Assembly (NCBI GenBank): GCA_022819585.1
Contig: JAJEGY010000014.1
Span: 20,969 to 84,968, forward strand
Direction of reading: 5' to 3'
Source: Dehalococcoidia bacterium
GTDB taxonomy: Bacteria > Chloroflexota > Dehalococcoidia > Lucifugimonadales > Lucifugimonadaceae
Length of the DNA stretch: 64,000 nt
Positions within the stretch are counted from its first letter, which is position 1; each line of letters starts with the position of its first letter. The notes beneath the pieces are model-generated. The model had not been told where the DNA came from. It searched no databases and was given only the letters and a program-made list of their open reading frames with translations. The translations under genes and the position numbers were made by a program. Below are positions 46,319 through 54,858 of the stretch, one piece after another.

Positions 46319-46340
46319 CATTCCCGCGAACGCGGGAATG
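46319..46340. terminator. Palindromic hairpin between the convergent LRR and znuB genes
   Basis: The sequence is cattcccgcg-aa-cgcgggaatg, with 10-bp arms and no clear U-tract. Confidence 0.35.
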
Positions 46341-46349
46341 ATGCACCTC

Positions 46350-47174
46350 TTAAGCGATCCGTCGTCTCAACGTAGCAACTATCGCGAAGATGATGCCGGA
46401 TGCCAAGGCTATCGATGCGCCGGACGGCAGGTTGCCGTAGTACGAGGTGTACAACCCGGTAATAGACGCGATAAGCGCGAACAGCACCCCGAACCCGATG
46501 ATGTGGAAGATCTTGTTCGCTGCGAGCGATGCCGCCGCCGCTGGTGCGATTAGCATCGCTAGCACTAGAATCACACCGACCGCCTGAATCGTCACTACGA
46601 TCACAACCGAGATCAGCGCCAGAAGCAGATAATCGATCCACCCAACGCGGATACCGGCCACCTCCGCACCAATAGGATCGAAGCTCACGAATACCAGCTC
46701 CTTGAAGTACCCGGCAAACACAAGCAACGTCAGCAACGCCACTCCCAACGTGACCAAGATGTCGCCTTCCGTAACTGCCAATATCTGTCCTAGCAGGATG
46801 TCTTCAAGGTTGACCGATACTTGCGACCCGAACAACGAGATCAAAACGATTCCGAGCGCGAATAGGCTCGCGAATAGGATGCCGATCGCCGCGTCGGCCT
46901 GAATACCCGTCTTGCGGATCAAGAATCCTATCAGGAACGCGAAGACAAGCGCCGCGGGCAGCATTCCGAACCAAGGGCTCAAACCCGCGATCAATGCCAG
47001 AGCCATCCCCGGGAATATCGAGTGCGCCATCGCATCACCCATGAAACCGTACCCGCGGGTGATCACGAAGACACCGACCAACGGGCATACGATGCTGATG
47101 ATGACCGCCACGCCGAGAGCGCGCAACATAAAGCCGTATTGGAACGGCTCGGCGATGTACGAAATCACATCCAT
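46350..47174 (-). CDS. znuB: Metal (Zn/Mn) ABC transporter permease, ABC-3 family
   Basis: 274 aa, polytopic. It has ABC-3-type blocks (FMLRALGVAV, GDAMAHSIFPG). Confidence 0.88.
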   Translation of the reverse strand: MDVISYIAEPFQYGFMLRALGVAVIISIVCPLVGVFVITRGYGFMGDAMAHSIFPGMALALIAGLSPWFGMLPAALVFAFLIGFLIRKTGIQADAAIGILFASLFALGIVLISLFGSQVSVNLEDILLGQILAVTEGDILVTLGVALLTLLVFAGYFKELVFVSFDPIGAEVAGIRVGWIDYLLLALISVVIVVTIQAVGVILVLAMLIAPAAAASLAANKIFHIIGFGVLFALIASITGLYTSYYGNLPSGASIALASGIIFAIVATLRRRIA

Positions 47175-47196
47175 GGATGTTTAACCTACTAGCCCG

Positions 47197-47985
47197 TCAA
47201 ATCGAGTATGTGCTTTCAGCAGATACCACGTGAGGGCCGTAAAGCTCTTCCAGCACATCGGGAGTGAAGGCATCTTCCGGCGGTCCCCAAGCGCAGACAT
47301 GGCCGTTGAGACACAGTACCAGATCCATGTTCCGCGCCATGTTCGCCAGATCGTGAGTCGAAAGCAGTATCGTCTGCCCCTCCTCGCACAGCCGCCTCAA
47401 CACCGCAACCAGCTCGTACTGCGAACCGACGTCGACTCCGCTGAACGCTTCGTCCAGCAGCAGGACTCTCGCGTCTTGCGCCAAAGCTCGCGCCACAAAC
47501 ACCCGTTGACGTTGCCCGCCCGACAGCGAGTGGACGAGTTCATCCTTGCGATGCAGCAATCCCACTCGGTGCAAAGCATCCATCACCGCGTGCTTATCCG
47601 TAGTCGACTCGTACCGGAAAGCTCCCAAACTGGGCGTCCTGCCCATCATCACCACATCCCACACCGTAACCGGAAACTGCCAGTTAACATCCTCCGATTG
47701 CGGGACATACCCGACCAGTCCTCGGGACCTCGCCGGGTCGATGCCGTAGATGTGCACTGATCCGGCAGTAGGCTCGATAATACCGACCAACGTCTTCAGC
47801 AAGGTCGACTTGCCCGCACCGTTTGGCCCCACAATCCCCACGAACGCCCCTGACGGCACGGAGAAAGTCACGTCTTTCAATACTGTGTTCTCTCCGTACG
47901 TGACGCGCGCTCTGTGCGCGTCAACCGCCGGCAGGGGAGCCGTGTGCGTCTCTAGCTCGGGATCGTGGTGGCCGGGATGGTTCAT
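47197..47985 (-). CDS. znuC: Metal ABC transporter ATP-binding protein
   Basis: 262 aa. Walker A is GPNGAGKST, the signature is LSGGQRQRV and Walker B is LLLDEAFSGVD. Confidence 0.9.
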   Translation of the reverse strand: MNHPGHHDPELETHTAPLPAVDAHRARVTYGENTVLKDVTFSVPSGAFVGIVGPNGAGKSTLLKTLVGIIEPTAGSVHIYGIDPARSRGLVGYVPQSEDVNWQFPVTVWDVVMMGRTPSLGAFRYESTTDKHAVMDALHRVGLLHRKDELVHSLSGGQRQRVFVARALAQDARVLLLDEAFSGVDVGSQYELVAVLRRLCEEGQTILLSTHDLANMARNMDLVLCLNGHVCAWGPPEDAFTPDVLEELYGPHVVSAESTYSI

Positions 47986-47997
47986 CTGCCTTTATTT

Positions 47998-50565
47998 TTA
48001 TTCCTCCAGTGCGCCAACAATGATACCCACGTTCGTGCGCATCAAATCGATGTACGTCGCCGCGCCGCTGTCGTCAGCGCCAAGCGAACCCACATGCAAT
48101 CCGCCGACGAATCTGATCCCCGCTTCCCGCGCCAAAGTGTTCGCAAGTCGATCACTGAGTTGCGCCTCCGCGAAGACGACGGATGCACCTGCCTCCTCCA
48201 CCTCATGGACAAGCTCTGCCAACTCCTGAGGCGAACGCTCCAACTCGGTGCCGCCGCCGGGGATGATCACTCCAGCGATCGTGAAACCGAACCGGGCGGC
48301 GAAGTACCCGAACGCATCGTGGGTTGTCACCATGATTCGGTCGTGATCGTCGATTACTGAGACGCTGTCCGTTATCCAGCCATCCAGCTCCTCGAGCTTG
48401 GCGATGTACGCATCACGGTTTGCGTTGTAGTAGTCGGCGGAGGCCGGGTCTATCTCCCTCAACTCCTTTGCGATCTGCCGCACTGCAACGATCACGCGCT
48501 CAGGGTCGAACCAGAAGTGCGGGTCCAGCGCGCCGTGCCCATGCCCGTCATCTTCATGGTGGTGCTCGACCTCGTCTTCGGCGTGGTCCTCATCTTCATC
48601 CTCATCGCCGTGGCCTTCGCCCTCGTCACCTTCGGCATCTTCGTCCTCGTCACCGTGATGCTCTTCGCCCTCGTCCTCGGCGTCTTCATCCTCGTCATCA
48701 TGATGCCCTTCCTCGTCAGCATCTTCCTCCTCGTCGTCATGATGCTCGCCCTCTTCCTCCTCGTGGTCGTGGCCCTCTTCAGGATGGTCTTCCGACGACA
48801 CAATGCCCACAAACGCGAGCGAAGACGGCGTTCCGTCGACTTCCCACTCTTCGGCAACTTCCATGTGGTCGAGATCGAACGCTATGATGTGGCGGTTCGC
48901 TTTATCAGTGAAGAACAGCGTCTCACCTACGACGATGAGGTTAGGTGCACCATCCAATCCCCCCATGGGATCGATCGGATCGATCATTTGCGCCTCACCG
49001 ATCAAGTCGCCATCGGCGGCGTCGATCGAGTTCAACATACCGTCATGAGTGAGAACGTAGAGAACGGATCCGTCGCTGCTGAATGCCGACGTCAAACTGT
49101 TCTTGGTTTCTGACGGAGCTAGAACCTCCACCATCTCCTGGTGTTCCGGATCGATCATCCAAATACCAGCGTCTCCGAATCCCCCGGGTCCAACCGTTAC
49201 GGCCTTACCGAAGAAGTTCGCTGCATCTTCGTGGCCCCACAGCGTACCGACGCGTGCTGCCTCAGGCATACCTTCGCCGTTCTCTATGAACCAGTGCTCG
49301 AATTCATCGTCGTGCTGCTCGATGAACAGCACACCGCCGATACAGCCATAGATCGAACCGTCGTGGTTGTGCGCTTCACCGTGCATCCCTGGACAGCTTT
49401 CGCGACTCTCGTCCCACACGACTTCATCATTGAGGTTCCTGATTTCGACACCGATCGGCAGGGCGTCATCAGGATCCGGGTTCTCAACAGTCACCGCAAA
49501 GAGATCGTTCTCGATCGGAACCGCAGCTCCATGTTGCGGCCCGGCATCGAGATAGGGAATCTCGTACGCGTGACCCTCCTCCTCGATCTCGTGCTCGTTC
49601 ATCAACGCCACACGGCCAGAGCCGTCGTGGAAGATCGCAGACCATTCCCCTCCGTTCGTGAAGTGGATCGGCCGATCGTCGTTGATGGTCAAACCAACCT
49701 CGCTAACAGGCACCACAACCAAATCTTCGTGATCCCCATGCGGCACCAGCAACACTCCGCCGTCAATCACGTGGACCGCATGATCGCCAGCATCGCCGCG
49801 GTATATCGCATAGCCATATCGATGACTCGGGCTCGCGTAAAGCGCCGAGACAGGTCCAGGTAGACCAAGGTCGAACTCTGAAACCTCCTCGGTCATCAAA
49901 TCAACCACCATCACATGGTTCGAATCCGCATCGCCCACCAATAACCGACCAGTCAAGGTCGCCTCCGCCTCTTCGCCGTGCCCCATGGCCTCGCCCTCTT
50001 CCGCATGATCATCTCCACCCTCGAAACTGAACTCAATCGGGTCGATACGCTGGCCGAGTTCAATGACAGCCTCGTGGTCAGCAGCCGCATTATCGATCAG
50101 ATCCTCCAGCCACTGCTGCTCCAATGACAGACCAACCGCGAAAACCACCTCAGCATCGGCAACTCTCGCAATGTCTCGTGCACCAGGTTGATACCCGTGC
50201 GGGTCTACGCCGCGCGGAACCAGATTCAGCACATCGACTCGATCGCCACCTACGATTGAAACCCACTCCCCTACGATGTTGCTGGTAGCTACGATATTCA
50301 ACGGCTCGGCATCAACCACTTCCACTACTGGTTCAGGGGTTGCCGTGGGCGGCACCGCGGTTGCCGTAGGTTGCTCCGGCGCGGTAGTGGCTGCCGCCGC
50401 TTGTTGCGGAGCAGTGGTTGCTGTAGGCTCAGGTAGCGGGGTAGATGTCGGCTCAGGGTCTTCACTACACGCCACCGCGGCCGACAAAACCAACACGGAC
50501 ACAGCTGCCAAAAGCCATACCCGTACTATCGTTTCCAAACGCATCCTTTGGGAGATGCTCTTCAT
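47998..50565 (-). CDS. znuA: ZnuA/TroA-family metal-binding lipoprotein with a roughly 500-aa insertion (beta-propeller-like domain plus His/Asp/Glu-rich tract)
   Basis: 855 aa with a signal peptide and Cys33 lipobox-like AAVAC. The N-lobe reads LNIVATSNIVGEW...VDPHGYQP. The C-lobe reads LDPHFWFDPERV...VTTHDAFGYFA...VFAEAQLS. Residues about 203-589 (folded insert) and 590-678 (acidic/His tract) separate the two lobes. Confidence 0.85.
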   Translation of the reverse strand: MKSISQRMRLETIVRVWLLAAVSVLVLSAAVACSEDPEPTSTPLPEPTATTAPQQAAAATTAPEQPTATAVPPTATPEPVVEVVDAEPLNIVATSNIVGEWVSIVGGDRVDVLNLVPRGVDPHGYQPGARDIARVADAEVVFAVGLSLEQQWLEDLIDNAAADHEAVIELGQRIDPIEFSFEGGDDHAEEGEAMGHGEEAEATLTGRLLVGDADSNHVMVVDLMTEEVSEFDLGLPGPVSALYASPSHRYGYAIYRGDAGDHAVHVIDGGVLLVPHGDHEDLVVVPVSEVGLTINDDRPIHFTNGGEWSAIFHDGSGRVALMNEHEIEEEGHAYEIPYLDAGPQHGAAVPIENDLFAVTVENPDPDDALPIGVEIRNLNDEVVWDESRESCPGMHGEAHNHDGSIYGCIGGVLFIEQHDDEFEHWFIENGEGMPEAARVGTLWGHEDAANFFGKAVTVGPGGFGDAGIWMIDPEHQEMVEVLAPSETKNSLTSAFSSDGSVLYVLTHDGMLNSIDAADGDLIGEAQMIDPIDPMGGLDGAPNLIVVGETLFFTDKANRHIIAFDLDHMEVAEEWEVDGTPSSLAFVGIVSSEDHPEEGHDHEEEEGEHHDDEEEDADEEGHHDDEDEDAEDEGEEHHGDEDEDAEGDEGEGHGDEDEDEDHAEDEVEHHHEDDGHGHGALDPHFWFDPERVIVAVRQIAKELREIDPASADYYNANRDAYIAKLEELDGWITDSVSVIDDHDRIMVTTHDAFGYFAARFGFTIAGVIIPGGGTELERSPQELAELVHEVEEAGASVVFAEAQLSDRLANTLAREAGIRFVGGLHVGSLGADDSGAATYIDLMRTNVGIIVGALEE

Positions 50566-50609
50566 CGTTCAGTTCTCCTGCTCACTAAAGACAGCAAGTA
50601 TCAAACGGG

Positions 50610-50645
50610 ATGATACCACGTATCGTAATGATACTACGTATCGTA
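50610..50645. promoter_or_regulatory. Two tandem 18-nt units, each containing the palindrome GATACnACGTATC. This is a candidate metalloregulator operator in the znuA / methyltransferase divergent promoter.
   Basis: The units are atgataccacgtatcgta | atgatactacgtatcgta. The junction TCGTAATGATAC resembles the Bacillus Zur half-site TCGTAAT. The site lies about 45-80 nt upstream of the znuA ATG. Confidence 0.45.
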
Positions 50646-50682
50646 CACAGGACAGAGCATGATACGGAACTAAAAACCCGCC

Positions 50683-51516
50683 ATGACGAAACAAAACCAG
50701 ACCAGAAAGCCTGCAAAACGCTTCAACTTGGACATTGTCCGTCGTGAATGGGACATCGCGTCAAATGCCTATGCACACGCCCAGTTAAACGGCCTCGACT
50801 ACTACCGACTAAACTTCTTCGGCCCCGCGATGATTGATGCTTGCGCCGACGTAAAGGGATTGGAAGTCCTCGACGTAGGATGCGGTATCGGCTACTTCTC
50901 TCGTCAAATGGCCGAAAAAGGAGCGTCAAAGGTAGTAGGTATCGATATCTCACCGAACCAACTCGCGCACGCCCGCCAAATCGAGGAAAAAGAAAGACAG
51001 GGTATCGAATACATAGAAGGCGATGCCGCAACGGTCATCGAATCCGTCCCCGAAACCTCATTCGACCTCGTCACCGCCTGCGTCTCGCTAGTCGATATGC
51101 CCGATCCCGAACGTGTCATCCGAGGCGCTCGCCGCGTTCTACGAGACGGCGGCCGCCTAGTCTTCACCAACACCCATCCATTAACCGACACCATGTCCCG
51201 AGAATGGGTCCGCGACGCTGAAGGCAAGAAACTCGGTCTCCAAATCGCCGACTACTTCGACGAAACCCCATTCACCCTCACATGGATGAGCGACCGCTAC
51301 AAATACCGCTTCCAAACCACCGGCAACAACCACACCCTCCAACGCTGGATGCGATGGGTAATTCAAGCAGGCTTCATCATCGAAGACTTCATCGAACCTG
51401 TAGCCACCGACGAAGCTATAGCCCAACACCCCGGCCTAGACGACACCCGCATCGTCCCAACCTTCCTCATCATCGTCGCAAGGAAGGACGAGCGAGTGAA
51501 ACCGCGAACCGACTAG
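50683..51516 (+). CDS. Class I SAM-dependent methyltransferase
   Basis: 277 aa. Motif I is VLDVGCGIGYFS, with post-I VVGIDIS. Confidence 0.85.
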   Translation: MTKQNQTRKPAKRFNLDIVRREWDIASNAYAHAQLNGLDYYRLNFFGPAMIDACADVKGLEVLDVGCGIGYFSRQMAEKGASKVVGIDISPNQLAHARQIEEKERQGIEYIEGDAATVIESVPETSFDLVTACVSLVDMPDPERVIRGARRVLRDGGRLVFTNTHPLTDTMSREWVRDAEGKKLGLQIADYFDETPFTLTWMSDRYKYRFQTTGNNHTLQRWMRWVIQAGFIIEDFIEPVATDEAIAQHPGLDDTRIVPTFLIIVARKDERVKPRTD

Positions 51517-51536
51517 ACTAAGGAAGCCAACTCGCC

Positions 51537-52268
51537 TTAAGGAATCGGGTCTCCATCCTCCCTCTTAACAATCCGATTCACATAAACCCCTGGCGTCCCC
51601 ACCCTCTCAGGATCGATCCCGCCCGGCTCCACGATCTCATCCACCTCCGCAATCGTCACATCAGCCGCTGGCGCCATCACCGGATTGAACGCCCGAGACG
51701 TCCCCACATACTCCAAATTTCCATACGTATCTGCCCGCTTCGCCCGTATCAAAGCGAAATCACCCCTCAACGCGTACTCCAACAGATGCTCACGACCGTC
51801 AAACTCCCGCACTTCCTTACCCTCCGCAACCGGCGTCCCAACACCCGTAGGCGTATAGAAAGCCGCAATACCCGCGCCACCCGCACGTATCCTCTCCGCC
51901 AACGTCCCCTGCGGTATCACGATCACCTCGGCACGCCCCTCGCGCCAAGCCTTCTCAATCTCCGACAACGGCCGCGTCTGCCCGGGTATTGGAAACGAGC
52001 AGATGATCCGTTCAGCTAGACCAAGTTCGAAGAAAATCCCCTGATCAATGGGCTCGGGACCAGGCGGCCAACCATAACCCGTCGTCTTCGAGATTCCTGC
52101 CACGTTCCCGATGATCGTCAACCGCTTCGGCCCGCGCTCAGCCAGTGCCAGCATCAATCGTGTCGGCTGACCTCCCGCACCGCCAAAACCTCCGATCATC
52201 ACCTTCGCGCCATCAGGCACATCGGCGACCGCCTCGGCGAAACTATCGACGACTACCGGCAGCATCAC
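51537..52268 (-). CDS. Family I CoA-transferase, subunit A
   Basis: 243 aa. It has GAKVMIGGFGGAGGQP (the GGFG block of A subunits) and a C-terminal AADVTIAEVDEIV. Confidence 0.82.
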   Translation of the reverse strand: MMLPVVVDSFAEAVADVPDGAKVMIGGFGGAGGQPTRLMLALAERGPKRLTIIGNVAGISKTTGYGWPPGPEPIDQGIFFELGLAERIICSFPIPGQTRPLSEIEKAWREGRAEVIVIPQGTLAERIRAGGAGIAAFYTPTGVGTPVAEGKEVREFDGREHLLEYALRGDFALIRAKRADTYGNLEYVGTSRAFNPVMAPAADVTIAEVDEIVEPGGIDPERVGTPGVYVNRIVKREDGDPIP

Positions 52269-53155
52269 ACAGCCATCTTGCGCCCAGTGTGAGCCCGTCC
52301 AATCGCTGCAATCTCCGGATTCCCACCCGATACAACCCTGATACCAGCATCCAGCCGGTCAGCGATCGTCTCCGCAGTCCCACCTCCGAGGAACGCGACA
52401 CCATTCTCCTCACACGCCTTCTGCACACGCTCACTCGCCTCTTGAACCCTCGGATCAAACGGCATATTCGGCCCGCCACGATCAACGCCATAAGACATGT
52501 GCAAATCCCCAGGACCGCACTCCGCAAACGTCAAGCCGGGCACCGCCAGCATCGTCTCGATATTCGAGACACCACGTACCGATTCCACCTTGATACCAAG
52601 CATCAACTCGCCGTCCGGGTTCAAAGGATACGGGTCCGCCTTGGCGATGTACTCGGGATTGCTGAGACCCCATACCTCCGCCGCTTCCGGCTCAGAGCCA
52701 ACCCCTCGCGTCCCCCGCTGCAGACCATATCCGACACCATTCGCCGCCCGAGGATACCGGCAAGACTCCACAAATGCCCGAACCGCATCTGCCGTCTCTG
52801 CCTGGCACAGCAAGATCCCATGCACGCCACGAGCCAAGATCTGTCGGAACTGCCAAGCGTTGTACCGGATCGTATCCTCCGTCGATCCATCCACCGGAGC
52901 CTCCACGATCACCGTCGGCGTCCGATGCCCGCTGTTCGTCGGTCCTCCCGCGACCAGCCCTGACATATAGTCTCGCAACCCATTCATATCGAACGGCCCA
53001 TGCTCCATCCCCACATTGATGTAGTCCGCCCAAGTCTTCGCGTCCTTCATCCCCTGCTCATGCATCAGAATCGCCCCCGTGTGACCGCCCGTGTAATACA
53101 CCGGCTGGTCCTGCGACAGCAACTCAACGGCCCGATTGATCCGATTGGCAGACAT
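52265..53155 (-). CDS. HpcH/HpaI-family aldolase
   Basis: 296 aa. Blocks are INVGMEHGPFD, ILARGVHGILLCQAETADAVRAFVESCRYP, IKVESV and GPGDLHMSYG. It overlaps the CoA-transferase A gene by 4 nt. Confidence 0.78.
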   Translation of the reverse strand: MSANRINRAVELLSQDQPVYYTGGHTGAILMHEQGMKDAKTWADYINVGMEHGPFDMNGLRDYMSGLVAGGPTNSGHRTPTVIVEAPVDGSTEDTIRYNAWQFRQILARGVHGILLCQAETADAVRAFVESCRYPRAANGVGYGLQRGTRGVGSEPEAAEVWGLSNPEYIAKADPYPLNPDGELMLGIKVESVRGVSNIETMLAVPGLTFAECGPGDLHMSYGVDRGGPNMPFDPRVQEASERVQKACEENGVAFLGGGTAETIADRLDAGIRVVSGGNPEIAAIGRAHTGRKMAV

Positions 53156-53224
53156 ATATCTCCAACTCCTAGGTTCCGGGCGGGATCAATCCCCACCCAC
53201 GCTTGCATGAGATGAGTTTACACT

Positions 53225-53809
53225 TTGGCCATGTCAAATCACCTCACACTCCAAGAGTTGCAAACCGCAATCCCCGACATCTCAGTCTCGCCCGCTGACC
53301 AAGGCACCGTCGAGATGATCACCCGCAGGCCAAAGGTCGGTGAGCGAGACATCTTGGAGGCATGTGAGCTCGACGAAACCCACGGTCTCGTGGGGGATAA
53401 CTGGGAGCAACGGGGCAGTGCAAGCACCCCCGACGGCTCAGCAAACCCCGACGCGCAGATCACCATCATCAACTCTCGCATAGTCGACGCCGTCGCCGGC
53501 TCCAAATCACGATGGCACTTGGCAGGCGATCAACTCGTAATCGACATCGACCTCAGCCACGACAACCTGCCGCCCGGCTCCAGACTGAACATCGGCTCCG
53601 CCATCATCGAATTGACCGCTGCGCCACACACCGGCTGCGCCAAATTCATGTCCCGCTTCGGCAAAGACGCCCTCCGATTCGTAAGCGGCACCGAAGCCAT
53701 GCGCCAACGCCGCCGGGGAGCAAACGCCAAAATCATCAAATCTGGCACCATCCGCCTCGGCGACACCGCTACCAAGCTCAGCTGGTCCAGCAACTCCACA
53801 TCGGCGTAA
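53225..53809 (+). CDS. MOSC-domain protein
   Basis: 194 aa. It has GLVGDNW...AQITIINS...LGDQLVIDIDLS... and the conserved Cys in PHTGCAKF. The ATG at 53231 is an alternative start. Confidence 0.8.
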   Translation: MAMSNHLTLQELQTAIPDISVSPADQGTVEMITRRPKVGERDILEACELDETHGLVGDNWEQRGSASTPDGSANPDAQITIINSRIVDAVAGSKSRWHLAGDQLVIDIDLSHDNLPPGSRLNIGSAIIELTAAPHTGCAKFMSRFGKDALRFVSGTEAMRQRRRGANAKIIKSGTIRLGDTATKLSWSSNSTSA

Positions 53810-53864
53810 GCGTATGTCGGACTCGTGCTACCCCGATGGATAGGGTTATCCTTTTCACTTCGGT

Positions 53865-53893
53865 TTGCAATACAAACTATTTTGCATTACAAT
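53865..53893 (+). promoter_or_regulatory. Sigma-70-like promoter for the ABC-2 transporter operon
   Basis: The -35 is TTGCAA (53865-53870), followed by a 17-nt spacer and the -10 TACAAT (53888-53893). It lies about 95 nt upstream of ATG 53987. Confidence 0.4.
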
Positions 53894-53986
53894 ACAACGC
53901 AACTCGTCCAACCAAGAACCCACGATAAACCCAGCGATTATCATTTAGCGCGCAGCAATCAGATCCCCATTATCTCGAGTTTAGAC

Positions 53987-54793
53987 ATGACCTTCACACC
54001 ACAATCTTCTGCTCAGGCGCACCCTCTGACGCACTCCAACGACACGGTAATCCAAGTCCGCGACCTCCACAAGAGATACAAAGACATCGTCGCAGTAGAC
54101 GGTGTCTCCTTCGAAGTCCAGCGCGGCGAAATCTTCGGAATGCTCGGACCCAACGGCGCCGGCAAGACCACCACCGTCGAGATCCTTGAGGGCCTCCGTG
54201 ACCTCGACAGCGGCGAAGCCTACATCGTAGGCATAGACGTAACCAAAAATCCTACTCGCGTAAAAGGCATGATCGGAGTCCAGCTCCAGCAAAACGCTTT
54301 TTTCGACAACCTCAATCTCAAAGAGACCATCGAACTCTTCGCCACACTCTACGGCTCCGACATGCCTGCCGAAGAAGCTCTCGAAAAAGTCGACCTCGCC
54401 GAACGCGCCAAGTCTCAATACAAACACCTCTCCGGCGGACAGAAACAACGCCTCTCCATCGCCGTCGCACTCGTCAACAACCCCGTCGCAATGTTCCTCG
54501 ACGAGCCTACAACCGGGCTAGATCCCCAAGCCCGACGCCGAATGTGGGATCTCATCGACAACCTCAGAACTGACGGCATGGCAATCATGCTCACAACCCA
54601 CTACATGGAAGAGGCCGAACTCCTCTGTGACCGCATCGCCATTATTGACCACGGCCAAATCGTAGCCCTAGACACTCCCCAAAACCTCATCGACCAACTA
54701 AAAACTCGGGGCGCAGAAGCAGTCCGCAAGGACGGCGCTCTAACCCTAGAAGACGTCTTCATAGACCTAACCGGACGCAGCCTCGTCGAGTAG
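53987..54793 (+). CDS. ABC transporter ATP-binding protein (ABC-2/DrrA-like exporter)
   Basis: Walker A is GPNGAGKTT, the signature is LSGGQKQRL and Walker B is MFLDEPTTGLD. I set the start to ATG 53987. The upstream part of the ORF has no coding character. Confidence 0.9.
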   Translation: MTFTPQSSAQAHPLTHSNDTVIQVRDLHKRYKDIVAVDGVSFEVQRGEIFGMLGPNGAGKTTTVEILEGLRDLDSGEAYIVGIDVTKNPTRVKGMIGVQLQQNAFFDNLNLKETIELFATLYGSDMPAEEALEKVDLAERAKSQYKHLSGGQKQRLSIAVALVNNPVAMFLDEPTTGLDPQARRRMWDLIDNLRTDGMAIMLTTHYMEEAELLCDRIAIIDHGQIVALDTPQNLIDQLKTRGAEAVRKDGALTLEDVFIDLTGRSLVE

Positions 54794-54858
54794 CTGGCAC
54801 AGTTGCCCCTGCTCGCGGGAGAAATGCCAAGGCAAAGGGGCCACCGAAAACAACCACC

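Noticed and set aside
48420-49863. Several plus-strand ORFs (155, 198 and 240 aa) and a 121-aa minus-strand alternative frame within znuA
   Set aside because: These are shadow frames of the acidic/His-rich tract and the propeller-like insert. The znuA frame is continuous and carries both SBP lobes.
50610-50645. CRISPR-like or tandem-repeat array
   Set aside because: There are only two adjacent 18-nt units with no spacers. No repeat-spacer periodicity occurs anywhere in the window, and no cas genes are present.
52145-52963. 272-aa plus-strand ORF
   Set aside because: It is antisense to the HpcH aldolase and CoA-transferase A genes. It is R/P/H-rich with no motifs.
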